IMG/VR virus record: IMGVR_UViG_3300001681_000071
Location: 1-64,000 of that record
Length of the DNA stretch: 64,000 nt
Source of the DNA: a virus
Direction: 5' to 3' (one strand)
Shown here: positions 19,205 through 27,703 of the stretch, piece after piece
Layout of the letters: every line of letters begins with the position of its first letter
How positions within the stretch are numbered: the first letter of the stretch is position 1
The notes under the pieces: generated by a model
What the model saw: the letters and a program-made list of their open reading frames with translations, nothing else
Told to the model about the DNA's origin: nothing
The model's database searches: none
Position numbers and translations under genes: made by a program

Positions 19205-19603
19205 ATGATAGAAAGAACCGAAACCAGAATTACTAACCACAACCCTAAGTTTGGCCTTGGTCAAGTTGTAGTTACATGTGGAATAGGTGTGTTGATAGAA
19301 GCAGATGATGATTTCAAGGAGCAAATTAATATATCTATTGGCAAACACCATCGCGGAGAATGGGGAACTTTGACCAATGAGGATAGAAATCAAAATGAAA
19401 AGCATTTAAGAAGCGGGGAACGCTTAATGTCAATCTATTATCTTGCTTATGGATCACCAATTCCCGACCCCTTCGGAACGGGGTTATTCCGAACTGATAA
19501 TAAAATAAAGATATACGTTATCACAGAACGTGTAACTCCTAATGAAGCAAAAGGTATTGCGGAACGTCCTTGTACTACGGTATTGCTACCAACCGAATAC
19601 TAA
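19205..19603 (+). CDS. conserved mobile-element hypothetical protein
   Basis: FGLGQVVVT...H..GEWG.L..ED...N...L..GERLMS.Y...IYVITE...TTVLLPTEY, a pattern I recognise from plasmid/phage proteins of unknown function. Confidence 0.7.
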   Translation: MIERTETRITNHNPKFGLGQVVVTCGIGVLIEADDDFKEQINISIGKHHRGEWGTLTNEDRNQNEKHLRSGERLMSIYYLAYGSPIPDPFGTGLFRTDNKIKIYVITERVTPNEAKGIAERPCTTVLLPTEY

Positions 19604-19857
19604 TCATGGACACAAATTACAATAGCCGGAGAAATACTCATGGTGTCACCGTCATGTTTATGGGTTTGGTGCCTATAGATTTAAGTGGTGATGGTATTAT
19701 GAGAGACTGCTCCCTAAACGGGATGCGCTACCGTCGCCAAGGCCGACAAATAGAAAGCCACTTGGTAGAATGAAGGATTACGAAAGAACTAACAAAGCTA
19801 TGGGTATAAGATTTGTTATTCAAGTTCATAGGAACCAATACAATAACTAATAGAGTT

Positions 19858-19900
19858 TACACGCACAAGGAATACACGCACAAGTAATACCCGCACAGAC
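19858..19900 (+). repeat. three 15-bp-spaced TAC(A/C)CGCACA repeats
   Basis: TACACGCACAAGGAA TACACGCACAAGTAA TACCCGCACAGAC. Confidence 0.8.
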
Positions 19901-19929
19901 AACCACAAACCAACTAGAAGGAAGACAAC

Positions 19930-20253
19930 ATGAAACCGATTGATTTACTTTTTGCCAACCTTGCGGAAATGATCCGTGATGGAATGGCTGACGGTCAGAG
20001 CAACATGGATAAACTCGTTTCCAATATTTACATGGAGATAGGCGAGTATCACTCTGAACCAGACGTATACGGTCTGCCTATGGATCCAGAAGAACAAGAG
20101 GACTGCGAGCTAACAGGATTTGAAGACTATGAACTCTGTCCGTTGTGTCAGAACTCAATCCCAATTGGTAGCAATTGTTCATTCTGTGAAGAAACGACAC
20201 GCAGAGACGAAAAGAACGGATTGTATCCAGATAAATCTGACGACTGCAACTAA
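19930..20253 (+). CDS. acidic protein with C-terminal CxxC/CxxC
   Basis: CPLC...CSFC. Confidence 0.75.
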   Translation: MKPIDLLFANLAEMIRDGMADGQSNMDKLVSNIYMEIGEYHSEPDVYGLPMDPEEQEDCELTGFEDYELCPLCQNSIPIGSNCSFCEETTRRDEKNGLYPDKSDDCN

Positions 20254-20281
20254 ACAACCATAAACCCGAAGGAAGACAGAA

Positions 20282-20563
20282 ATGAAAAAATCAAAACAGA
20301 AAGCTCGATATAGGGAGCGTAAAGCTATCTTTAATATAGCAGACCAATTGGTTAAAGATGAGGGTAGCCGAAAACTTCTCTTAGCACTTCTGATCCCACT
20401 TAAAGGATCAAACAGTGGGGTTCTAACTCAAAAAGAATGCTACTCCTGTAATGAACTACGAACCGCATTAATTCTCATCTTAAAGAGGGGCGCTTCTGCC
20501 GATGGGTATATGCCCAAAAAGACGGAGAAGGAATTCCTTAAAACGTGGAGGGGTGATGCCTAA
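20282..20563 (+). CDS. basic hypothetical protein
   Basis: 93-aa ORF with SD. Confidence 0.7.
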   Translation: MKKSKQKARYRERKAIFNIADQLVKDEGSRKLLLALLIPLKGSNSGVLTQKECYSCNELRTALILILKRGASADGYMPKKTEKEFLKTWRGDA

Positions 20564-20606
20564 ACTCCAAACCTATCAGCAACCATAAAACCAAAGGAAG
20601 ATAGAC

Positions 20607-20756
20607 ATGAAGACATTTCAAAGATGGTGCGAAGACCAAGGAAGGCGATGGATAGGCTCCACTACTTACGAAGAATTTGAAAAGAATGCACAAGACTATG
20701 AAGCTTACCGAAAGGCAGAAGCAGAGAGGAAGGAGAAAGAAAATGACAGGCGATGA
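20607..20756 (+). CDS. small hypothetical protein, not in the ORF track
   Basis: MKTFQRWCEDQGRRW... after an AC-rich leader and AAGGAAG. Confidence 0.5.
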   Translation: MKTFQRWCEDQGRRWIGSTTYEEFEKNAQDYEAYRKAEAERKEKENDRR

Positions 20757-20804
20757 TGTGAAGAGGACAAGCCACAGATTTATAGGATCAAAAGGAGATA
20801 TGAC

Positions 20805-20996
20805 ATGGTTAAAGTAACGGATAAAAATGGAAACGAGATGTGGATTAACCCAAGCCGGGTTGACTGGATCAGTAAACATATCGACGGAAACACGATCCTG
20901 TGCCTCGGTGAAAAGCATATATTCTTCACGGAATCCCCGGAAGAAATACTGCGCCTCCTCAGAGAGCCCCACAAAACTTGGTGCGAGAATGACTGA
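20805..20996 (+). CDS. FlbD/SwrD-like small protein
   Basis: MVKVTDKNGNEMWINPSRVDWI...TILCLG....TESPEEILRLL resembles FlbD MIKLT..NG....LNP..IE.I...T.I.L..G....V.ES.EEV. Confidence 0.55.
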   Translation: MVKVTDKNGNEMWINPSRVDWISKHIDGNTILCLGEKHIFFTESPEEILRLLREPHKTWCEND

Positions 20997-21333
20997 TTTC
21001 ACCTATTACACCTATTACACATACTATCAATGCGACTCTACTGAGGGGTTTTCAACAGAGGTAAAGGGGAGCAATGGAAATACCTACACGGTAAGATACG
21101 TAGCATCCAACCACAAAGAACATGACTGCTCTCATGGGTATAGCTGTACGTGTCCTGTCTATAAATCCACCAAAACAGCACTATGCAAGCATATTGAACA
21201 AGCACGAAAAGAAGGGAGGCACTGTACTTGGATGCAGTTTCTCGACGGAGGGCAACCTACCGTAGAACCTGATGGAACACACTTGTGTCCTGAGTGTGGA
21301 AGCGATGTAACCAAAAGACAATGGGCTTGCTAA
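20989..21333 (+). CDS. SWIM zinc-finger + zinc-ribbon protein, copy 1
   Basis: GSNGNTYTV...YSCTCP...CKHI...CPECG. Confidence 0.8.
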   Translation: MTDFTYYTYYTYYQCDSTEGFSTEVKGSNGNTYTVRYVASNHKEHDCSHGYSCTCPVYKSTKTALCKHIEQARKEGRHCTWMQFLDGGQPTVEPDGTHLCPECGSDVTKRQWAC

Positions 21334-21372
21334 GAAGACAACAATAAACAATCAAACCAGTAGGAAAACAAG

Positions 21373-21708
21373 ATGCATGATTTTACATACCATACATATT
21401 ACCAATGTAACTCAACCGAAGGCTTTTCAACAGAGGTAAAGGGAAGCAATGGAAACGCCTATACCGTAAGATACGGATCGTCCGGTCACAAAGAACATGA
21501 TTATTCTCATGGATATAGTTGTACTTGCCCTTCATACAAGTTCGATAAAAAAGCAACATGCAAGCACATTGAACAGGTAAAAAAAGAAGGTCGGCACTGT
21601 AATTGGATGCAATTTACCGATGGTAACACGCCTACGATAGAACCTGATGGAACACAAGTCTGTCCTGAGTGTGGGAACGGTATAACTGCAAGAGAATGGG
21701 CTTGCTAA
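21373..21708 (+). CDS. SWIM zinc-finger + zinc-ribbon protein, copy 2
   Basis: Near-colinear paralog of 20989..21333. Confidence 0.8.
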   Translation: MHDFTYHTYYQCNSTEGFSTEVKGSNGNAYTVRYGSSGHKEHDYSHGYSCTCPSYKFDKKATCKHIEQVKKEGRHCNWMQFTDGNTPTIEPDGTQVCPECGNGITAREWAC

Positions 21709-21718
21709 GGATACAACC

Positions 21719-22006
21719 ATGAACGATACACAATCATTAGTTAAAGCCATACAAAAAGTACAAGCTACAAGTGCTGATAATTATGACGGTTTCGATGGGG
21801 TACGACCAAACCAAAGAATAACAAATTATCTTAATGCTGTAGACGATCTTAGAGACTTATTGCTTTCGACATTTAGTGAGAGGGAACTCGGAAGATTGAC
21901 CGAATTGCTAATTGATATGCAAAGTGATTCACTTTCGGTATTTGATATGGATGGAAATGAAATACCTAAAACTATAGAGTCATTTTTGTTGGATGACTTG
22001 ATCTAA
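21719..22006 (+). CDS. hypothetical protein
   Basis: 95-aa ORF with SD. Confidence 0.7.
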   Translation: MNDTQSLVKAIQKVQATSADNYDGFDGVRPNQRITNYLNAVDDLRDLLLSTFSERELGRLTELLIDMQSDSLSVFDMDGNEIPKTIESFLLDDLI

Positions 22007-22092
22007 ATACAATGCAAACAGACCCATTATCAGATGACAATCAAACCATAGGCTCATTTATAGATGAGCTTTCAAACCAGTAGGAGAATAAA

Positions 22093-22428
22093 ATGAGAAT
22101 TAGATTAGCAAACACGAAACAATTCTTAGCACTTGAAAAGGATTCACGCGGTAGAAATCAAGGACCAAGTAAAAAGTTATTAAAGATAATTGACCCAAGT
22201 GGCATTCATGTAGTTGAGTTTCTGATGATTCATAACGATTGTGAATGTAGGTGCCGTTGGGTGGTCAAGGTTAAAGACCAGAAATTGCCCATAACGGTGA
22301 CCATGGACAATTCATTTGAAGCCTTAGATCAAAATAGCTCCTTAGTTGACAACGAAGACATAAAGGAAGCAATCGAAAGAGAAGCTTTGGAAGAAATACC
22401 AGCATTAGACCCATGCAGATTGAATTAA
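22093..22428 (+). CDS. hypothetical protein
   Basis: 111-aa ORF, SD AGGAG. Confidence 0.75.
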   Translation: MRIRLANTKQFLALEKDSRGRNQGPSKKLLKIIDPSGIHVVEFLMIHNDCECRCRWVVKVKDQKLPITVTMDNSFEALDQNSSLVDNEDIKEAIEREALEEIPALDPCRLN

Positions 22429-22437
22429 AGGAGGTGA

Positions 22438-22755
22438 ATGATGAAGTGCTATCAAGTGCGTTATGAAGAGTCTGACCGATGGTCGCCAACTGGATTCCGA
22501 ATTGTCTGGACAAATGAATTTCATGCCACCAAGGAAGGTGCAATGAATTCTGCTCAGACAAAGACCACAGAGGTAGTCGTTTCTGAATGTAAGATACCTA
22601 CTGATAAACAGTCGGTAATTGCATATCTTAATGGAGCCCCTCCAATCTTGCATGGTATGGAGGTACGCCACCTGTTCTGGAATGAAGACGGCAAATCTGA
22701 CACATTACTTCCGTATGGTGAAAAACGAACGGAGATGTATAATGAGAAACCCTAA
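22438..22755 (+). CDS. hypothetical protein
   Basis: 105-aa ORF, SD GGAGG. Confidence 0.75.
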   Translation: MMKCYQVRYEESDRWSPTGFRIVWTNEFHATKEGAMNSAQTKTTEVVVSECKIPTDKQSVIAYLNGAPPILHGMEVRHLFWNEDGKSDTLLPYGEKRTEMYNEKP

Positions 22756-23044
22756 CGAAATTTTCATTACTGGCAGATGCGGAGAAGTCTGTGAAGACGC
22801 CTATAAATGTTTAGTGTTTGGCGAATGCCTAAATCCTATAAAAGATGATGCTGAGATTGATGTTTCTGAACTAAGGAAACCTCTACTTATACTCAAAGAG
22901 TTACGATATGATCAGGCGTTGAAGCCTGATATATATTACTCAACTCAACTTGATAGAGCTATTCACTACTTAGAAGTATTTTTGGCGGCAGTGAATGAAA
23001 AGAATGAGAGTCTTAAAACAAAAGAAGATGGATTTCCTAAGTAG
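22742..23044 (+). CDS. hypothetical protein
   Basis: Start moved to MRNPNE; overlaps the upstream stop. Confidence 0.65.
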   Translation: MRNPNEIFITGRCGEVCEDAYKCLVFGECLNPIKDDAEIDVSELRKPLLILKELRYDQALKPDIYYSTQLDRAIHYLEVFLAAVNEKNESLKTKEDGFPK

Positions 23045-23309
23045 GATTTTCTTAGTTACTCATTGTATTGAAGCCAAGTCAAAGGGCCTTATCTTATTAT
23101 TCCCCAAGGATAAGGCTTTTTTTTATTCAGAAGAGCCTATCAAAAAAGGGATACCTGAGATATATACAGAGACAGAGTGCGGCAAGTATTTTACTGTTGA
23201 TGGCTCTAAGAATGTCATAGAACTAAAGAACAGAAGATTCCTACGCTATGGGGTTAATGTTTACAACAAAGAGGACGTATTTTTCTATGTTGAAGAAGGA
23301 TTGCTTTAG
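23028..23309 (+). CDS. hypothetical protein
   Basis: ORF in a dense coupled array. Confidence 0.6.
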   Translation: MDFLSRIFLVTHCIEAKSKGLILLFPKDKAFFYSEEPIKKGIPEIYTETECGKYFTVDGSKNVIELKNRRFLRYGVNVYNKEDVFFYVEEGLL

Positions 23310-23337
23310 GTCAAAGACAGAACCATATTGGAGGAGC

Positions 23338-23646
23338 ATGAACACATGGATTTGCACAAATCATCTCCCCAGCATCTCTCTTCCGGCTAATGCTACTGAA
23401 TGTTGGTATATAACTTGCCCATGTAAGAGGCCGACATTTGAAGAAAGAGATGCCAAATTCAAAGTATCGTTATGTGGTTGGGAAAAATGTAAGCGTGGAT
23501 TTGAAGGAGGTCATGGCAGAAAGAAACAAGGAAGGAAGTATTGTTCCCACGAATGTAGAAAGGACAGGGCGAGACACACGTATAATATGAAGAAAAAACG
23601 AGCCCAAAGCACAGAGAATATAGTGTTACACAAACTGCATCAATAA
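23338..23646 (+). CDS. Cys-rich zinc-finger protein
   Basis: CGWEKC...RKYCSHECR; SD GGAGG. Confidence 0.65.
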   Translation: MNTWICTNHLPSISLPANATECWYITCPCKRPTFEERDAKFKVSLCGWEKCKRGFEGGHGRKKQGRKYCSHECRKDRARHTYNMKKKRAQSTENIVLHKLHQ

Positions 23647-23647
23647 T

Positions 23648-24520
23648 ATGGAAAGGACGATAAGAATTGGCTCATTGTTTTCTGGTATTGGGGGGATTGA
23701 GCTTGGGTTAGAGTATGGTATTCAAAACTCTATAACTATTTGGCAAGTCGAGTCGAACGAATTTTGTCGCCAGGTGCTAAAGCGGCACTGGCCCAAGTCA
23801 AAAATCTATAACGATGTAAAGAAGGTAGGAAAACATAACTTAGAGCCTGTAGACATTATTTGTGGTGGCTTTCCGTGCCAAGATATTTCAATAGCCGGGA
23901 AAAGAGAGGGGATAAATGACGGTGCCAAATCGAGTCTTTGGTGGGAAATGTGGCGGGTTGTTAGCGAGCTACGACCCCGAATCGTCGTCATTGAGAATGT
24001 CTCAGCTATCACTTTTTCCGATGGCGGGGGATGGGAGTTACTACATTCCCTTGCCCAAATCGGGTACTCTTGCGAATGGATTGATTTACGAGCAAGTGAT
24101 CCCCCGTTCAACGCGCCACACGAACGAGAACGCATATTCTTTGTTGCCTACACCGACACCAGCACTGAATATGACCTCTCCTTCAATGATGAAACACCAA
24201 GGGCATCAGAACTTTCGTGCGCTATTGCCGACACCAACAACGAACGATTGCAAAAACACACCGGGCGGTGTAGCCCAATGGGAAAGGCACAGCAGCTTAA
24301 ATATAGAAGCCGCGAAGATGGCGGGACGAACAAAGACGACAATTGGAAAGGATTTCCGATTGAACCCCCGCTTTGTCGAAGAGATGATGGGATTTCCGAT
24401 AGGGTGGACAGACTTAGAGCGTTAGGGAACTCAGTTGTTCCGGCATGTAGTAGGTGGATTGGTAAGCGAATACAAGAGTCAGGTCTTTTAAGGAGAAGAG
24501 ATGCATCAACACTTCCATAA
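23648..24520 (+). CDS. DNA cytosine-C5 methyltransferase, large (alpha) chain lacking motif IX
   Basis: I SLFSGIGG, IV GGFPCQDIS, VI IENV, VIII APHERERIF, X RLRALGNSV. Confidence 0.92.
   Translation: MERTIRIGSLFSGIGGIELGLEYGIQNSITIWQVESNEFCRQVLKRHWPKSKIYNDVKKVGKHNLEPVDIICGGFPCQDISIAGKREGINDGAKSSLWWEMWRVVSELRPRIVVIENVSAITFSDGGGWELLHSLAQIGYSCEWIDLRASDPPFNAPHERERIFFVAYTDTSTEYDLSFNDETPRASELSCAIADTNNERLQKHTGRCSPMGKAQQLKYRSREDGGTNKDDNWKGFPIEPPLCRRDDGISDRVDRLRALGNSVVPACSRWIGKRIQESGLLRRRDASTLP
23916..24425 (+). CDS. nested alternative-frame ORF, putative beta chain of the C5 methyltransferase (motif IX)
   Basis: LLPTPT twice and RLNPRFVEEMMGFPIGWTD; own SD GAGGGG before ATG 23916. Confidence 0.75.
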   Translation: MTVPNRVFGGKCGGLLASYDPESSSLRMSQLSLFPMAGDGSYYIPLPKSGTLANGLIYEQVIPRSTRHTNENAYSLLPTPTPALNMTSPSMMKHQGHQNFRALLPTPTTNDCKNTPGGVAQWERHSSLNIEAAKMAGRTKTTIGKDFRLNPRFVEEMMGFPIGWTDLER

Positions 24521-25049
24521 AAATTTAAACGTTAAGAATATATTGTCACGATATAAACCATCGACAATTGTAGAACTTGGTGGGCTTAATGGAGCCAATA
24601 CTTTACAGTTACTCACGATGGGCAAAGTCATCACTATAAGTGATAATAAGATGCCCGATAAGCTCTCTCCTTTCGTTAAGAAAGGCGAACTAAAATGGAT
24701 ACAAGCACTATCGTTTAACGCTCTCAAATCATTTGCTGATGGCTCTATTGAATTCGCTAGTGTTGACACTGACCACAATTACACCACTCTAAAGTTAGAA
24801 CTTATAGAATTAAAAAGAGCAATGAAGAAAGATGGTGTTGTTGTTTTACATGATGTTGAAACCTTTAAGAATAGAAACAACCAACATTATACTCTTGAAT
24901 ATGCCAACGGAGAGCCATATAACTTTGCTCTAATGACACAAGGCCATAGCTACACAGCGGCTTTGACAGAAGAAATACAAGAGGGCGAATGGAAACTGTT
25001 GGATTGGTCAGAAGCGAGCAACGGAGCAGCGGCTATTATCAAAACTTAG
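24501..25049 (+). CDS. class I SAM-dependent methyltransferase (Methyltransf_24-like)
   Basis: IVELGGLNG, VDTDHNY, GVVVLHDV. Confidence 0.75.
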   Translation: MHQHFHKNLNVKNILSRYKPSTIVELGGLNGANTLQLLTMGKVITISDNKMPDKLSPFVKKGELKWIQALSFNALKSFADGSIEFASVDTDHNYTTLKLELIELKRAMKKDGVVVLHDVETFKNRNNQHYTLEYANGEPYNFALMTQGHSYTAALTEEIQEGEWKLLDWSEASNGAAAIIKT

Positions 25050-25050
25050 G

Positions 25051-25521
25051 TTACCTCTCCATCGCAGAGAAGCGAGGTGTTCTTCTTTTTTCATCGAAGA
25101 TCAATAGACAAGAAGGAGCCGGTGCTGAATTTGGTGCCTTTTGAAATTTGATACGTCCCCTCACAAGCCTAATTTCAGCCGCCCTCATAGCCCAATCGTG
25201 CCACCACTTGGTGTCTGTACGGGCAAATGTCAAGCAAACCACCGTACAGCCTTTGGTACTCTCCCAATACGATTTCTCAATCCATTTGCCCACTTCTCTC
25301 CCGTAAGGAGGGTTGAGCCACACTGCCTCTCCGCGAGAAATTTTATGCCATGGCAAACTCAAAGCATTCCGGGTCAGGTATAGAACACATTTATGGTTCT
25401 CAGCAGAGGCAGCAGCGTCCAATACAAAATTGAATTCATCATTGATCTTATTAAAGAAAGACCACGGAGTTCCCCAATCTTGTTTTTTGCTACTGAACAG
25501 TTTATCCTCGGACCAACTCAT
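25051..25521 (-). CDS. phage DNA N6-adenine methyltransferase
   Basis: DWGTP, F.LDAAAS..N.KC, WLNPPYG, ARTDTKWW, GRIKF. Confidence 0.9.
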   Translation of the reverse strand: MSWSEDKLFSSKKQDWGTPWSFFNKINDEFNFVLDAAASAENHKCVLYLTRNALSLPWHKISRGEAVWLNPPYGREVGKWIEKSYWESTKGCTVVCLTFARTDTKWWHDWAMRAAEIRLVRGRIKFQKAPNSAPAPSCLLIFDEKRRTPRFSAMER

Positions 25522-25522
25522 A

Positions 25523-25681
25523 TTACTCCCACTTAACTTTCAGTCCTGGTCGCCATGCTGGTTCCCATGGAAGTCTCCAATCTCTTTGTATCTCCCCTGA
25601 TTGCTTTTCCGGCTTATGTTTGGGTTCTTCCTTCTGCGCGATCTCCGCCTGAGTTACCTTTTTTTCCTTTTTCATTTTCAT
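25523..25681 (-). CDS. small hypothetical protein, not in the ORF track
   Basis: 52-aa ORF ending 1 nt before the methyltransferase start. Confidence 0.4.
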   Translation of the reverse strand: MKMKKEKKVTQAEIAQKEEPKHKPEKQSGEIQRDWRLPWEPAWRPGLKVKWE

Positions 25682-25850
25682 TCCTTATAGAGTATTTGGT
25701 TTAACCATAAATGCTCAACGCCCAGGCGATGGCCTACGCGAACTTGGCTTATTATATTTATAGGTGAAATACACCCATGCCTTTAGAGGCTGAAGTGGGG
25801 CGGAGCGTAGAATTTTCTGGGCCATAAAATATCACTGGTTTATAGATTGT

Positions 25851-26801
25851 TTAGAAGAAGTTGTCTGCGTAGTCGGCTATTATTCCAAAATCTCTGAATA
25901 GTTTGCACCTATCAAGGTCTATGCCAACAATCCTTCCATTTAATTCTGACAAGTATTCTCTGCCAAATACAGCCTGTCTTGCCCTGTAAAGCACACCAAA
26001 GCTTTCACCTGTCTGAGACACCACCTTTTGTATCCTCATGTGCATACGGTCTATGTCTCGACCCACGTAGTATCTTCCTTTCTTCAATCCATGGAAGTCA
26101 CACAGCAAACTCTCTGTTATTGCCATATCTACGCCTAATCTTGCGTATTCTGGGTACTCAACTACACTCATTGATAGCTGTTTATGTATCCATCTGGCAT
26201 ATTCTTCCAAAACAACGCTTGGCGATGAGTTTGCCATACCAGTAATGTCGCATACTCCCCTCCTTGGGCCAGAGGCTTCGTCTATTTCCATGGTGGATGG
26301 TATTACATCGAAAACGTTAACCTTATGAAACATATCGGCAGATGTATAAGCAGCCCATCTGCCATTACCCCACACAGTTCTCAGATTGTTAAGAAGTGTT
26401 TTCCAATTGTCTTCTTTGGAATTGGTAAAGTCCTTCGTAAGATATTCTTTAGCACCACCGTTCTTAGATAATTCAACCAAGCTATTTATATGTTTCGTAA
26501 CACTGGTTGTTATAAGATTTCTGCGCTGTTTGCCTATATGAAGCTTATCGTAGTCCTCTGGTATACGTGTTGGATAAGGGTAGCGGAGGAACGTATAATA
26601 GGCAGAAGCCGGATTATAGAAGGCCATATAAAGAAATGATAACCACACTGCCTGTTCTGGATCCAGCCCTTTCTGTACCTCTATTAAAAGACCATGGAAC
26701 GGATCATAGTCCTTTGTTTTCAACTGCTTTCTCGCAAAGTCGTTAAAGTAAAACCACGTATCCGACTTTTTTACGCTGTCTGGATTTATGGTAGTTATCA
26801 T
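25851..26801 (-). CDS. amino acid:DNA transferase (AADT / aGPT-Pplase2 family)
   Basis: DYDP, WLSFLYMAFY, QRR, GNGRWAAY..AD, SGPRRG, ESLLCDF..L..GRYYVGRDID. Confidence 0.8.
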   Translation of the reverse strand: MITTINPDSVKKSDTWFYFNDFARKQLKTKDYDPFHGLLIEVQKGLDPEQAVWLSFLYMAFYNPASAYYTFLRYPYPTRIPEDYDKLHIGKQRRNLITTSVTKHINSLVELSKNGGAKEYLTKDFTNSKEDNWKTLLNNLRTVWGNGRWAAYTSADMFHKVNVFDVIPSTMEIDEASGPRRGVCDITGMANSSPSVVLEEYARWIHKQLSMSVVEYPEYARLGVDMAITESLLCDFHGLKKGRYYVGRDIDRMHMRIQKVVSQTGESFGVLYRARQAVFGREYLSELNGRIVGIDLDRCKLFRDFGIIADYADNFF

Positions 26802-27703
26802 TCTTTTCCCATTGGTTCTCTACATATTGGAAGAGTTAGACAAGCAAAACCACCCCCTAATTTCCTTATCTCGTTCATTTTGCTTTTATAAACTACTATT
26901 CCATTGTCTTCTAATATAGACTCGGTTTCAGGACAGTCATCTGGCATCAAAACAGAGTTTGGCGAAAGTGTAATCCAATTCATGGATAGTTTCTCGTTGA
27001 CCTCCTTGCTCGGTTTTAGATGTATAATCTCACCCGACCACTTAAAATTCTCTGTATCACTTCTGGTAAATAATCGTGTCCCAACAATGCGGTTTCCACC
27101 AAGTAAATGTTGTGGAATAGATGGGCCGAACTTATCAACATACTGCACTATACATCGTGTCTCATGGGACCAGAATTCAATTGCCTTTTTCTGGCTTCTG
27201 CCACCACAAGCAACACTAAAGGAGCCATCATTCATTATTAAGATGTCAGAAGCCTCAACAAAACCAATCATCAGTTTCATTGGAGAAGAATAATTACACC
27301 GAAACCACTTCATAATATAGTCAGCTTCACTACTCCTATGGGCTAACCCAGAGCGTGTAACATAAATCACATCACCAACTATTTTCGCCATATCGCGAAC
27401 AAACATTGAGTCAATGCTTTTACCACTACAAGCCTCATTTATATCCAAAACCTCTACTCCCAGACCCCGTAGCTTGGAAGTTAAAGAATCGAATTCCGTC
27501 AGTAATGTGTCATGGTTTGGAAGCTTAATCCAAGATGGCGGAGGCAAAGATGGCGGAGGCAAAGATGTACGTGAAGATAGAGTCATACGTGTATGCGAAA
27601 ACACTTCTGCATGAAATTTCAGATTGGTTGGGCGATTGACCAACACCGTAAACAGGTTCCCTGTTTCGTTTGTAATAAATGCACGCTTTTTATGTCCAAT
27701 CAT
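26798..27703 (-). CDS. amidinotransferase/ADI/DDAH (pentein) family enzyme
   Basis: NETGNL..VLV.RP, MFVRD, EASD (EGGD position), His in QHLL, C-terminal GGGFACLTLPICR with the catalytic Cys. Confidence 0.82.
   Translation of the reverse strand: MIGHKKRAFITNETGNLFTVLVNRPTNLKFHAEVFSHTRMTLSSRTSLPPPSLPPPSWIKLPNHDTLLTEFDSLTSKLRGLGVEVLDINEACSGKSIDSMFVRDMAKIVGDVIYVTRSGLAHRSSEADYIMKWFRCNYSSPMKLMIGFVEASDILIMNDGSFSVACGGRSQKKAIEFWSHETRCIVQYVDKFGPSIPQHLLGGNRIVGTRLFTRSDTENFKWSGEIIHLKPSKEVNEKLSMNWITLSPNSVLMPDDCPETESILEDNGIVVYKSKMNEIRKLGGGFACLTLPICREPMGKE

Noticed and set aside
20989-21708. Duplicated region as a diversity-generating retroelement TR/VR pair
   Set aside because: Both copies are full genes, differences are not adenine-specific, and no reverse transcriptase is present
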